Origin: Candidatus Ideonella esbjergensis
Lineage (GTDB): Bacteria > Pseudomonadota > Gammaproteobacteria > Burkholderiales > Burkholderiaceae_C
Assembly (NCBI GenBank): GCA_016710065.1
Contig: JADJLP010000015.1
Coordinates: 460,685-524,684, forward strand
DNA length: 64,000 nucleotides
Direction: 5' to 3'
Shown here piece after piece: positions 27,651 through 36,069 of the stretch (positions are counted from its first letter, which is position 1; each line of letters begins with the position of its first letter). A model generated the notes under the pieces. That model made no database searches. It had not been told where the DNA came from and saw only the letters and a program-made list of their open reading frames with translations. Both the position numbers and the translations under genes were made by a program.

Positions 27651-28982
27651 TCATGCCGCGCTCCTTTGCCAGACGGGGGTGGTGCCCTGTGCGGCCCAGG
27701 CGGTGAGCACGCGCAGCTGCTGGCCGTCCCACTCGCCCATCAGGCTCACCGGCTGGCCGCCGGTGGCGGCGAGCAGACGCCAGGCGTCTGCCTCGTTCAG
27801 GTTCAGCTGCAGGCTTTGCTGGTTCACCACGGCCAGCGTGGCGCTGCCGGTGTGCAGCACCACCGCGTCTCCCAGCGCCAGCGGGTGCAGGCTCACCCAG
27901 GGGTTGCGGGCACTGCGCTGGGCCAGCTGCTGCCATTCGTCGGCCAGCGGGGTGGTGGGCCAGTGCGGTGCGGCATTCAGCACCTGGGTGTCCAGCGCCA
28001 GCGCGCGCAGGCCGGCGGCGCCAGGAAAGAAGGCCATCGTGGCCTGCACCACAGCGCCCGTGGTCCAGGCCTGCTCAAAGCCCTTGCCGGCAAAGGCATG
28101 GTCCAGCAGCCAGGCGCGCCGGCCGCTGGTGGCTCCCTGCAGCCACACGCGGCGCTCGGTGAGCTTGTCGTCGCGGTCGTCGGTGAGCAGGCCCAGCACG
28201 GTCCACTGGTCGTTGAGCTTCCCGCCGCTCTCCTGCACCTCGGCCTTGTCGTGCGGCCAGCCCACCAGGGTGCGCAGATCGGCCTGCACATCGGCACTCA
28301 GCGCTTCGCGGCGCGCCAGGGCCTCGCAAGCCAGCTGCAGCAGGCCCAGGCGGTGCAGGCTGCGCTCGGGCCAGTCTTCACCAGCGTGGATGCCCTCGGC
28401 CGCCTCGCGCACGCGCTGGCCCAGGCCGGGCGCCTGGGCATCCACCATGCGCGCGGCCATGGTGTGCCAGGTTTTGAGCACCTCGTGGTTCAGGCTGCCC
28501 AGGCCGCGCGAGAGCTGGTCGGCCAGCCAGCGCTGTAGCTCGGCGGCGGCCTGCGTGATGCGCTGCCAGCGCTGGGCCTCGCGCTTGGCGGCGGCTTCAG
28601 GGTCCACCGGCGTGGCGGCCTTCTCGGCCTGCTTCTCTTCCTTCTTCTGCGCCTTCTCGCTGCGCGAGGCCAGCCATTCGCTGACCCAGGCCGGCGCGTC
28701 ACTCACGCCGAACAGCGAGGCGTCCTGGGCGCGCATCAGCAGCAGCGCCAGGCCATGTTTGCAGGGGAACTTGCGGCTGGGGCAACTGCAGCGAAAGGCG
28801 GGGCCGTTCAGATCCACCTGGGTCTGGTAAGGCTTGGCGCCGCTGCCCTGGCACTCGCCCCACAACGCTGCCTCGTTGGCGCCCAGCGTGGGCCATTGCG
28901 AGGGCGTGGTGAGGCCGCGCGCGGCCTTGGCCGACGATGCGTCGGGCGCCAGCGCCAGCACTGCTTCAGTCGTCAGCGCCAT
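27651..28982 (-). CDS. SWIM zinc-finger domain protein.
   Basis: The SWIM CxC...CxH signature is present (FRCSCPSRKFPCKHGLALLL). It is the first gene of the five-gene cassette. Confidence 0.7.
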   Translation of the reverse strand: MALTTEAVLALAPDASSAKAARGLTTPSQWPTLGANEAALWGECQGSGAKPYQTQVDLNGPAFRCSCPSRKFPCKHGLALLLMRAQDASLFGVSDAPAWVSEWLASRSEKAQKKEEKQAEKAATPVDPEAAAKREAQRWQRITQAAAELQRWLADQLSRGLGSLNHEVLKTWHTMAARMVDAQAPGLGQRVREAAEGIHAGEDWPERSLHRLGLLQLACEALARREALSADVQADLRTLVGWPHDKAEVQESGGKLNDQWTVLGLLTDDRDDKLTERRVWLQGATSGRRAWLLDHAFAGKGFEQAWTTGAVVQATMAFFPGAAGLRALALDTQVLNAAPHWPTTPLADEWQQLAQRSARNPWVSLHPLALGDAVVLHTGSATLAVVNQQSLQLNLNEADAWRLLAATGGQPVSLMGEWDGQQLRVLTAWAAQGTTPVWQRSAA

Positions 28983-29042
28983 CGTGGGCGCCCTCCCCTG
29001 GGTCTCTTGTGATGCGCGCCAGTCTAGTACACGGGTCCGCGC

Positions 29043-29414
29043 TCAAGGGTTGGCGTTGGCCAATGCTTTCATCTGTTCACGCAAGGCCTTGCGCCCGGCC
29101 GCGTTGGTGGCCCGCCAGGCCTTGAGCGAGAGCGCCAGAAAGGCCAGCTCGGCCGGCGTGGGGCTGGTGTCGGCGCGCGCCTCGTCCAGCCAGCCCTGGG
29201 CCTTGCCGCTCAGCTGCTCGATCTGCCGCGCCAGCTTGTCGCCGATGGGGCGCGACGACTTGATCTGGCTCCACATGCTGGGCGAGACCTGCAACGTGGC
29301 GGCGAAGGCCTGCTCCAGCCCTTTGGGTGGTGTGCCGGCGGCGAGTGCCTGCTCGGCAAAGGCCTGGAATAGCGCCAGCGCGTTCTGGCGGCGGGTGAGG
29401 GTGAGGTTGGGCAC
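29043..29414 (-). CDS. XRE-like helix-turn-helix DNA-binding protein.
   Basis: An HTH pattern is present (FAATLQVSPSMWSQIKSSRPIGDKLARQIEQLSGKAQGWL), in the style of lambda-repressor-type regulators. Confidence 0.45.
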   Translation of the reverse strand: MPNLTLTRRQNALALFQAFAEQALAAGTPPKGLEQAFAATLQVSPSMWSQIKSSRPIGDKLARQIEQLSGKAQGWLDEARADTSPTPAELAFLALSLKAWRATNAAGRKALREQMKALANANP

Positions 29415-29470
29415 GGCTGTGTACTGGATGCAACGCGTTGGAATTGCGATTGTCGCAAAGGCTTGACGTG

Positions 29471-29485
29471 TTGGGTAAAGAGTCT
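29471..29485. promoter_or_regulatory. Perfect 7-bp-arm palindrome GTAAAGAGTCTTTAC, about 60 bp upstream of the XRE-like gene. Candidate operator.
   Basis: Seen directly. It lies in a lower-GC intergenic stretch. Confidence 0.25.
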
Positions 29486-29742
29486 TTACAGTTCAACCTG
29501 TCGCTCGAGCTGCACTGCAGCCAGCCCCATTTTTTTGGAAAGCCCCCACCGTGAAATTCAGCAACGTCATCAGCCGCTACCAGCCCCGCATGGGTTGGGC
29601 CGCGCGCGTGCCGTTCCTGGGTTCCACGGGAGCGGTCTGCACACCGGGTGCCTTGGCACACCAGCGGCTTGACCACCAAGAGGCACGCCCGAGTCCGGGA
29701 GAGGCTTGCGCCTAGCGCAGCTTCCAAGCACTGCACACCGCA

Positions 29743-29779
29743 GGCCCGGACACCGCAAGGTTCCGGGCCTGTTTGTTTT
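29743..29779 (+). terminator. Rho-independent terminator: GGCCCGGA ... TCCGGGCC followed by TGTTTGTTTT.
   Basis: An 8-bp GC stem with a T-rich tail. No plus-strand CDS ends here, so it may terminate a small RNA transcribed from about 29530-29780. Confidence 0.5.
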
Positions 29780-30018
29780 CAGCACCCGTTTTACTTCGGG
29801 TGTGTCCATCCACTCCGCGTCGCACGCATGGTGTTGACGACGCGGGATGTGCGCGGCTTGCTAGTGGCCACGTGCAGCGAGACACCACTCCGACGGGAGC
29901 CTCGCGTTTGGGCACAGCCGAAGTGAAGTGAAAAGAACCCTCGTGGAGCTCACGCTTCGGGGGTGGAAATCGGCCGCAACGATTGGGCGGCGCCGGAACC
30001 CGTGACCGGATGGAAAGC

Positions 30019-30097
30019 GTCTCGTTAGCTCAGTTGGATTTAGAGCGCCGGCCTACGAAGCCGGAGGTCGCAGGTTCGAGTCCTGCACGAGGCACCA
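30019..30097 (+). tRNA. tRNA-Arg (anticodon ACG).
   Basis: Hand-folded cloverleaf: acceptor GTCTCGT/ACGAGGC (one G-U pair), D-arm GCTC...GAGC, anticodon stem CCGGC/GCCGG with loop CTACGAA, T-arm GCAGG-TTCGAGT-CCTGC, discriminator A, encoded CCA. Confidence 0.8.
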
Positions 30098-30116
30098 ACT
30101 TCCCGTGTGCTTGGGT

Positions 30117-30187
30117 GTGGCCGTAGCTCAATGGCAGAGCTGCGGAATGTGACTCCGCTGACGCTGGTTCGATCCCGGCCGGTCACC
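30117..30187 (+). tRNA. tRNA-His (anticodon GTG).
   Basis: Acceptor GTGGCCG/CGGTCAC (one G-U pair), D-arm GCTC-AATGGCA-GAGC, anticodon stem GCGGA/TCCGC with loop ATGTGAC, T-arm GCTGG-TTCGATC-CCGGC. No G at position -1 and no exact CCA are encoded, which lowers confidence. Confidence 0.65.
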
Positions 30188-30203
30188 CCCAAGCGCATGC
30201 CGT

Positions 30204-30279
30204 TGCGACGTAGTCGAGAGGCTTCAGACAACCGGCTTTGACCCGGTGCACGTTGGTTCGAATCCAACCGTCGCTGCCA
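30204..30279 (+). tRNA. tRNA-Gln (anticodon TTG), with a U1-U72 mismatch at the acceptor end.
   Basis: Anticodon stem ACCGG/CCGGT with loop CTTTGAC. T-arm GTTGG-TTCGAAT-CCAAC. 3' end CGTCGCT-G-CCA. It has a 3-bp D-stem and the first acceptor pair does not match, so it may be a variant. Confidence 0.5.
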
Positions 30280-30316
30280 GATTGAAATGTTTCGAGCCCA
30301 GGAAAGGAGGGCGACC

Positions 30317-30895
30317 ATGCAACTGAACACCGCACACCAGCACGTGCTGCAGCTCGACATCCAGGGCACGCCCCAGGCGTGGATCTCGCTGGAGCAAGCG
30401 GCCGTGCACATGGCCACTGGCGCTGTGGCGTGGACCGAGGGCGCCGGCCCGCTGGCCACGCTGCGCGGCGGCTACAACGTGGCGCGCGGACGGCAGTCGC
30501 TGATCGAGGTGTTCCCCATCATCGCGCTGGGCGGTGCCTCGCGCATCAACCTGTTCGACGTGGCACCCGGCGTGACCCGCAGCAAGCTGTTCCGCCGCGA
30601 CCGCTGCACCTGTGCCTACTGCGGCCAGCGCTTCGCAGAGCGCGCGCTGCAGGCCGAGCACATCGTGCCCGAGTCGCGCGGCGGTGGCTGGACGTGGATG
30701 AACCTGGTGTCGGCCTGCGCGGCCTGCAACGGCCGCAAGGCCAACCGCACGCCCGAACAAGCCCGCATGCCGCTGCTCTACCTGCCCTATGTGCCGAGCC
30801 GCTATGAAGCGTTTCTGCTCGAGGGCCGGCACATCCGTGCCGACGTGCACGAATGGCTGGCAGCGCGCCTGCCGAAAGGATCGCGCCTGAGCTGA
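30317..30895 (+). CDS. HNH endonuclease.
   Basis: ATG at 30317 with an AGGAGG RBS; the track ORF starts at 30287. The HNH/zinc signature is present (CTCAYCGQRF...EHIVPESRGG...CAACNGRKANRT). Confidence 0.65.
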   Translation: MQLNTAHQHVLQLDIQGTPQAWISLEQAAVHMATGAVAWTEGAGPLATLRGGYNVARGRQSLIEVFPIIALGGASRINLFDVAPGVTRSKLFRRDRCTCAYCGQRFAERALQAEHIVPESRGGGWTWMNLVSACAACNGRKANRTPEQARMPLLYLPYVPSRYEAFLLEGRHIRADVHEWLAARLPKGSRLS

Positions 30896-31042
30896 GGTCA
30901 CTTGGCCCAGGCGCACAAGGGTTGACCGAACAAGGCGAACGCAACGGACAGAGCTTGGGGCGCAAGCCCGGCTCGCCGGTGTGCGGCCACCGTCGCAAGA
31001 CGTGGTGGCTGCCCATGCCGCGCCGCTGGAAGCGGTTGATTT

Positions 31043-31098
31043 GAAGCATCCGTGGTGGCACCGCAAGGTGATGGGTTCGACTCCCAAATGCTTCGCCA
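31043..31098 (+). other. Armless tRNA-like element. It has a perfect 7-bp acceptor stem GAAGCAT/ATGCTTC, a T-arm-like GGGTTCGACTCCC, discriminator G and CCA, but no anticodon arm.
   Basis: Seen directly. It sits 1 nt upstream of the tRNA-Val-like gene and shares the GGTTCGACTCCC T-loop sequence with it. Confidence 0.4.
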
Positions 31099-31099
31099 A

Positions 31100-31173
31100 C
31101 GCTGGATAGCTCAGTCGGGTAGAGCAACGGCCTCACAAGTCGTCTGTCGCGGGTTCGACTCCCGCTCCATCAC
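31100..31173 (+). tRNA. tRNA-Val(CAC)-like gene with two acceptor-stem mismatches. It may be a pseudo-tRNA, an integration scar, or a tRNA mimic.
   Basis: D-arm TAGCTCAGTCGGGTAGAGC. Anticodon stem ACGGC/GTCGT with loop CTCACAA. T-arm GCGGG-TTCGACT-CCCGC. The 5' acceptor CGCTGGA against the 3' TCCATCA leaves pairs 1:72 and 3:70 unpaired. No CCA is encoded. Confidence 0.45.
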
Positions 31174-31431
31174 AGCAAACCGGTCGCAAGACCCGCCGAA
31201 CGCGGGCCTGCAGGCGCTGGCAACAGCACCGAACGGCCCGTCAGCCCGCACAGACCTGTGCGCCGGAGTGGCCACGGGGCCAGCGGCGGCGGCCAGCCAA
31301 AGGATGCCTTCAGGGAGGGGGCGCCGGAGGCGCATCGCCAGCCCCTGCCCCGTGCCACCGGCGCCCCCTGGGCGGCCTGTAACGGCACCTATTTGTATCG
31401 AACATAAACACGCAACCACAAGGAGAAGCAC

Positions 31432-32569
31432 CATGCAATTCAAGCGTGTCAAGGTGAAGAAGAACGAGCGCGGCCTGCTGCTGCGCAATGGCGATTTCGA
31501 GCGCGTGCTGCCGCCTGGCCGCCACTGGCTGGTTTCGGCATTCGACGAACTGCGCGTCGAGACCTTCGCGCTGGAGCAGGCCGCGTTCACGCATGGCCTG
31601 GCCGACTACCTGATGGCCCATGAGCCCGAGGTGGTGGCGCGCGAATTCGTGCGCGTGGAGCTGGGCGAAACCCAGGTGGGCCTGCGCACCGAGCACGGCC
31701 TGCTGGTGGAACTGCTGGCCCCGGGCACGCGCCGCCTGTACTGGCGCGGCCTGGCGGATGTGCAGGTGGAGGTGGTGAACATCGCTGACTCTGCCGAGCT
31801 CGCCCCCGCCCTGGTGCAGCGCCTGGTGCAAACCCAATTGCGCCAGCGCGCGGTGGCCGGCCTGGCCGGTGTGCTTCAACTGCAGGTGCCCGAGCACGGC
31901 GCGGCGCTGCTGTGGGTGGACGGCAAGGTCGAGAAGTTGCTGGCACCGGGCTCGTACGCGTTCTGGAAGTTCAACCGCAACGTCTCGGCCGAGCTGGTGG
32001 ACTTGCGCCTGCAGGCGCTGGACGTGGCGGGCCAGGACATCCTGACCCGCGACAAGGTGGCGCTGCGCCTGAACCTGGCCGCAACCTGGCGTTTCACCGA
32101 CGTGCTGCAGGCCTACACCAAGCTGCAAAAGCCGGCCGAACACCTGTACCGCGAGCTGCAGTTTGGCTTGCGCGCAGCGGTGGGCACGCGCACGCTGGAC
32201 GAGCTGCTGGAGAACAAGGGCGTGATCGACGAGGTCGTGAGCGCGCACGTGCGCCAGAAGATGCAAGGCCATGGCCTGGCACTGGAGAGCGTGGGCGTGA
32301 AGGACATCGTGTTGCCGGGCGAGATGAAGACCATCCTCGCCCAGGTGGTGGAGGCCCAGAAGGCCGCAGAAGCCAACGTGATTCGCCGCCGCGAGGAAAC
32401 GGCGGCCACGCGCTCGCTGCTTAACACCGCCAAGGTGATGGAGGGCAACCCCGTGGCCCTGCGCATGAAGGAGCTCGAAACGCTGGAACGCGTGGCCGAG
32501 CGCATCGACAAGATCTCCGTGTTCGGAGGTCTGGACCAGGTGCTCAACGGGCTGGTGAAGCTCCGCTGA
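31432..32569 (+). CDS. SPFH/band-7 (slipin, stomatin-like) family protein.
   Basis: AAGGAGAAG RBS. The SPFH core is present (LVDLRLQALDVAGQDILTRDKV...VKDIVLPGEMKTILAQVVEAQK), followed by a coiled-coil C-terminus. Confidence 0.75.
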
Positions 32570-32579
32570 GAACCTTCTT

Positions 32580-32645
32580 GTCATTCCCGCGCAGGCGGGA
32601 ATCCACCCCCGCCACAACCTGGATTCCCGCCTGCGCGGGAATGAC
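32580..32645. repeat. REP palindrome pair in inverted orientation (32580-32604 and 32621-32645), between the slipin and rtcB genes.
   Basis: It is the same 25-mer as at 13985, 15338 and 15730. Confidence 0.7.
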
Positions 32646-32689
32646 GGCCCCCCGGCGGCCCTGCGGCGCACCTTTGACGAGAATTCAAC

Positions 32690-33907
32690 ATGGAAATGAA
32701 CCACATCCACGAAGACATCCCCGGCGGCGTGCCGCTGAAGCTGTGGACCCGGGGCGTGCCGGTGGAAGACGAGGCCAAGCGCCAGCTCACCAATGCCGCG
32801 CGCCTGCCCGTGGCGTTCCACCACATTGCCGCCATGCCCGACGTGCACTTCGGCATCGGCGCCACCGTGGGCTCGGTGATCCCCACCTTGAAGGCCATCA
32901 TCCCGGCGGCCGTGGGCGTGGACATCGGCTGCGGCATGATGGCCTGCAAGACCACGCTCAGCTCCGAAGACCTGCCCGACAACCTGGGCCCGCTACGCGC
33001 CGCCATCGAACGCGCCGTGCCGCACGGCCGCCAACCGGGCGCGCGCGACCCTGGCGCCTGGGGCAAGGTGCCGGGCGCTGTGGACACCGCCTGGGCCCAG
33101 CTGGAGCCCGAGTTCACCGCGCTGTGCCGCAGCTACCCCAAGCTGGAAAAGACCAACCACCGCAACCACCTGGGCACGCTGGGCACGGGCAACCACTTCA
33201 TCGAGGTCTGCCTGGATGAGCAGGGCACCGTGTGGTTCATGCTGCACTCGGGCTCGCGCGGCGTGGGCAATGCCATCGGCACCATGTTCATTGAGCTGGC
33301 CAAGCAGGACGCGCTGCGCAACAACGCCAATCTGCCCGACCGCGACCTGGCCTACTTCGAAGAGGGTGCGCGCTACTTTGGCGACTATGTGCGCGCGGTG
33401 GGCTGGGCCCAGCGCTTTGCGGCCACCAACCGCGAGGTGATGATGAAGCGCGTCATCGAGGCCGCCAAGACGGTGCTGCACAAGAACTTCCAGAGCCACA
33501 TCGAAGCGGTGAACTGCCACCACAACTATGTGCAGAAGGAAACGCACTTCGGCCAGGAGGTCTATCTCACCCGCAAGGGTGCGGCGAGCGCCAAGGCCGG
33601 GCAGCTGGGCATCATCCCCGGCAGCATGGGCGCGCGCAGTTTCATCGTGCGCGGCAAGGGCAACCCCGATTCGTTCGAGAGCTGCTCACACGGCGCCGGC
33701 CGCGCGATGAGCCGTGGCGACGCCAAGCGCCGCTTCACCCTGGCCGACCACCGCGCCGCCACAGAGGGCGTGGAATGCCGCAAGGACAAGGACGTGATCG
33801 ACGAAACGCCCGCAGCCTACAAGGACATCGATGCCGTGATGGCCGCGCAGGCCGACCTGGTGGAGGTGGTGCACACCTTGAAGCAGGTGGTGTGCGTCAA
33901 GGGCTAG
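32690..33907 (+). CDS. rtcB: RNA-splicing ligase RtcB.
   Basis: Hallmark RtcB motifs are present (PDVHFGIGATVGSV, GCGMMACKT, GTGNHFIEVC, HNY, CSHGAGR). Confidence 0.85.
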   Translation: MEMNHIHEDIPGGVPLKLWTRGVPVEDEAKRQLTNAARLPVAFHHIAAMPDVHFGIGATVGSVIPTLKAIIPAAVGVDIGCGMMACKTTLSSEDLPDNLGPLRAAIERAVPHGRQPGARDPGAWGKVPGAVDTAWAQLEPEFTALCRSYPKLEKTNHRNHLGTLGTGNHFIEVCLDEQGTVWFMLHSGSRGVGNAIGTMFIELAKQDALRNNANLPDRDLAYFEEGARYFGDYVRAVGWAQRFAATNREVMMKRVIEAAKTVLHKNFQSHIEAVNCHHNYVQKETHFGQEVYLTRKGAASAKAGQLGIIPGSMGARSFIVRGKGNPDSFESCSHGAGRAMSRGDAKRRFTLADHRAATEGVECRKDKDVIDETPAAYKDIDAVMAAQADLVEVVHTLKQVVCVKG

Positions 33908-33941
33908 GGGCGTTGGCTTCACGCGAGAAGTATGTAAGGCC

Positions 33942-35228
33942 TCAAGGCTCGCTCACCATCGCCCAGCCGCTGCTCCAGTCGTTGCTGCTGTGCGTGGTGG
34001 TGGTGCCGCCGTCCGTGCGGGCGCAGAAGCCGATGCTCCAGGTGCCTCCCGACAGCAGGAAGGTGCGCGCCGACGACACCATGACCCGCACGTTGGGCGT
34101 GGTGCTGAGCATCTTGTAGCCATTGCCGGGCGACGACACGGTTGTGCTGGTGGAGAGCTTGGTACACACGTCAACCCGCAAGACGCTTACTCCGTCCGGA
34201 ATGAACGAGGCCGTGCCCACCGTGGTGATGCGCTTGGTCTGGCCCGCAGGCACGGTGACGCTGGTGGCCGGCCCCATGAAGACGTAGTTGGTGGTGTCCA
34301 TAGTCTTGGTGCCCGGGTCACCACCCCAACTGGTGATGCCGAGGATGCCGGTGGTGCCCTGTGGGCCGGCCGGGCCCGTGGCGCCAACAAGGCCTGTAGC
34401 GCCTGTAGCGCCCGGGGCACCCGGGAAACCTTGCGCACCCGCCGGGCCCTGCAAACCCATCGGGCCCATGGGGCCGCCAGGGCCAACCGGGCCTGTGGTG
34501 CCTTGGGGGCCCGCTGGGCCAGCGGAGCCGGGTGCACCCGCAGTGCCTGCCGGGCCGGCAGGCCCCATAGGACCCATGGGACCCATCGGCCCTGCCAAAC
34601 CTGCCGTGCCGGCGGGCCCCATCGGGCCGGCCGGGCCTTGGTCAGCCAGTGTGATGTCCAGCCGCGCCACATGGCCGGTGGCGGTGTTCTCTTTGCTGTC
34701 CAGGAACACCACCGTGCCCGGGTAGTCCAGGGCCGGCGCCAGGGCCAGCCCAAAGTTGGAAGCGGGGTTGCTGACCCAGGTTCTCACCTGTTCGGTCAGG
34801 TCCAGGCTCAGAAACTGGCCCGCAGTCTGCACACCGGCCGTGCTGCCTGTGCCTGCGCCCGCCAGGGCCGGTGTGGAGCCTGCGGTGACGGTGCTCTCAG
34901 ACCAGGTGGAGTTGACGGTCTGCACTTCAATCTTGCCGGCGGTGCCCACGCGGTTCACATAGAGCACCAGCGTGGCCTTGGCGATCTTGCCGGCGGTGAC
35001 CCCGGCCGGCAGGGTCGACAGGTCAAATTGCACCAGACCCGTGGCGCCGTTGCCGACGTTGATCGTGGGAAGACCACCGGAATTCACGCTGGGCAGGCTG
35101 AGGCTGACATGGCTGTCACCGGCCAGCGGGGCGTCCAGCGCGAAGGCGACTGGTGTGGCCAGTAGGCCCAGCGCCAGACCGATCAGGCGCAGGCCTGGAC
35201 GAAGGGTGAAATGGTTTTGCGCGCGCAT
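33942..35228 (-). CDS. Secreted collagen-like triple-helix-repeat protein with a DNRLRE-like N-terminal domain.
   Basis: Strong GGAGG RBS and a signal peptide. A long Gly-X-Y run is present (GPAGPMGPAGTAGLAGPMGPMGPMGPAGPAG...). The N-terminal beta domain resembles the DNRLRE fold (ATLVLYVNRVGTAGKIEVQTV). Confidence 0.65.
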   Translation of the reverse strand: MRAQNHFTLRPGLRLIGLALGLLATPVAFALDAPLAGDSHVSLSLPSVNSGGLPTINVGNGATGLVQFDLSTLPAGVTAGKIAKATLVLYVNRVGTAGKIEVQTVNSTWSESTVTAGSTPALAGAGTGSTAGVQTAGQFLSLDLTEQVRTWVSNPASNFGLALAPALDYPGTVVFLDSKENTATGHVARLDITLADQGPAGPMGPAGTAGLAGPMGPMGPMGPAGPAGTAGAPGSAGPAGPQGTTGPVGPGGPMGPMGLQGPAGAQGFPGAPGATGATGLVGATGPAGPQGTTGILGITSWGGDPGTKTMDTTNYVFMGPATSVTVPAGQTKRITTVGTASFIPDGVSVLRVDVCTKLSTSTTVSSPGNGYKMLSTTPNVRVMVSSARTFLLSGGTWSIGFCARTDGGTTTTHSSNDWSSGWAMVSEP

Positions 35229-35276
35229 AGGTACCTCCGGGCGGCGGTGATGGATGGGGTAAGCGGAAGGGCGGGA

Positions 35277-35879
35277 TCAGTGCGCACTACGGCGGCGCAG
35301 CACGCGCAGGCCCAGCAGGCCGGCGCACATCAGGGCCAGGCTGGAGGGCTCTGGCACCGGGGCCAGGCCGGCAGCCGAGAGGCTCAGTGCCCATTGGCCT
35401 GTGCGTTGGGTACCGTCCACCTGCCAGAAGTTGCCGGCGGTGGCGCCCACGCTGGCCTGGGTGAAGCTGGGCTGGCCGGTCATCCGGAAACCCTCACTCA
35501 AGCTGGACCCGACGGGCCCGTTGCCATCCTGAGTCAGCACCAGCATGTACTGGCCTGCGGCCAGGCTGGTGAGGCTCATGCAGGCGTCCCAGGTGCCTGG
35601 CCCGCAACTGCCGCTTCCACTGCCTGGTGCCCATTGCAGCAGCGCACAAGAGGTGTCGAACAGAGAGAGCTCCGGCGAAAAGCCGCCACTCGCGAACGAG
35701 AACGTGCTGGCCGTGAAGGTGCTGGCGAAGTTCAGCGTGAAGTAGGTTTTGAACAGGTCGTCGTCGTTCTCGAACTGGCCTGCATATGAAGCGCTCTGTG
35801 CCATGCAGACATTGCTGATCAAGCTCAGGGCAACGGCCAGCCATCGCCATGCGCGACCCGTGTGAATTTGTGGGGACAT
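35277..35879 (-). CDS. PEP-CTERM sorting-domain protein.
   Basis: Signal peptide at the N-terminus. The C-terminus is PEP-CTERM-like: VPEPSSLALMCAGLLGLRVLRRR (PEP motif, TM helix, basic tail). Confidence 0.65.
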   Translation of the reverse strand: MSPQIHTGRAWRWLAVALSLISNVCMAQSASYAGQFENDDDLFKTYFTLNFASTFTASTFSFASGGFSPELSLFDTSCALLQWAPGSGSGSCGPGTWDACMSLTSLAAGQYMLVLTQDGNGPVGSSLSEGFRMTGQPSFTQASVGATAGNFWQVDGTQRTGQWALSLSAAGLAPVPEPSSLALMCAGLLGLRVLRRRSAH

Positions 35880-36069
35880 CACCGAACTCCTTCGTGCTCC
35901 AACAGCTCATCAAGCGACGGGTGAACGGTAGCGAAGGGCTCGAATGTTCACAACCGGTTACGCCCCCACGGGTGTGGGGGATGGCCTCGTCTGAAGAGGG
36001 GACAGGGGTCACCACGGCATGCTCTACATTGCTTGCGCTGACGCAAACTGGAAACAAAAAGTACGCGCT

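Noticed and set aside
29530-29780. Whether the candidate sRNA locus is tmRNA, RNase P RNA or 6S RNA.
   Set aside because: No tag-peptide reading frame, no tRNA-like 3' end and no RNase P P4/GGAAAGUCCGG signature are present. It remains an unclassified candidate.
30117-30187. Calling the tRNA-His a pseudogene because no G-1 is encoded and CCA is not exact.
   Set aside because: The cloverleaf is otherwise complete, with standard conserved positions (U8, A14, GG in the D-loop, TTCGATC T-loop). I kept it as a tRNA with reduced confidence, pending tRNAscan.
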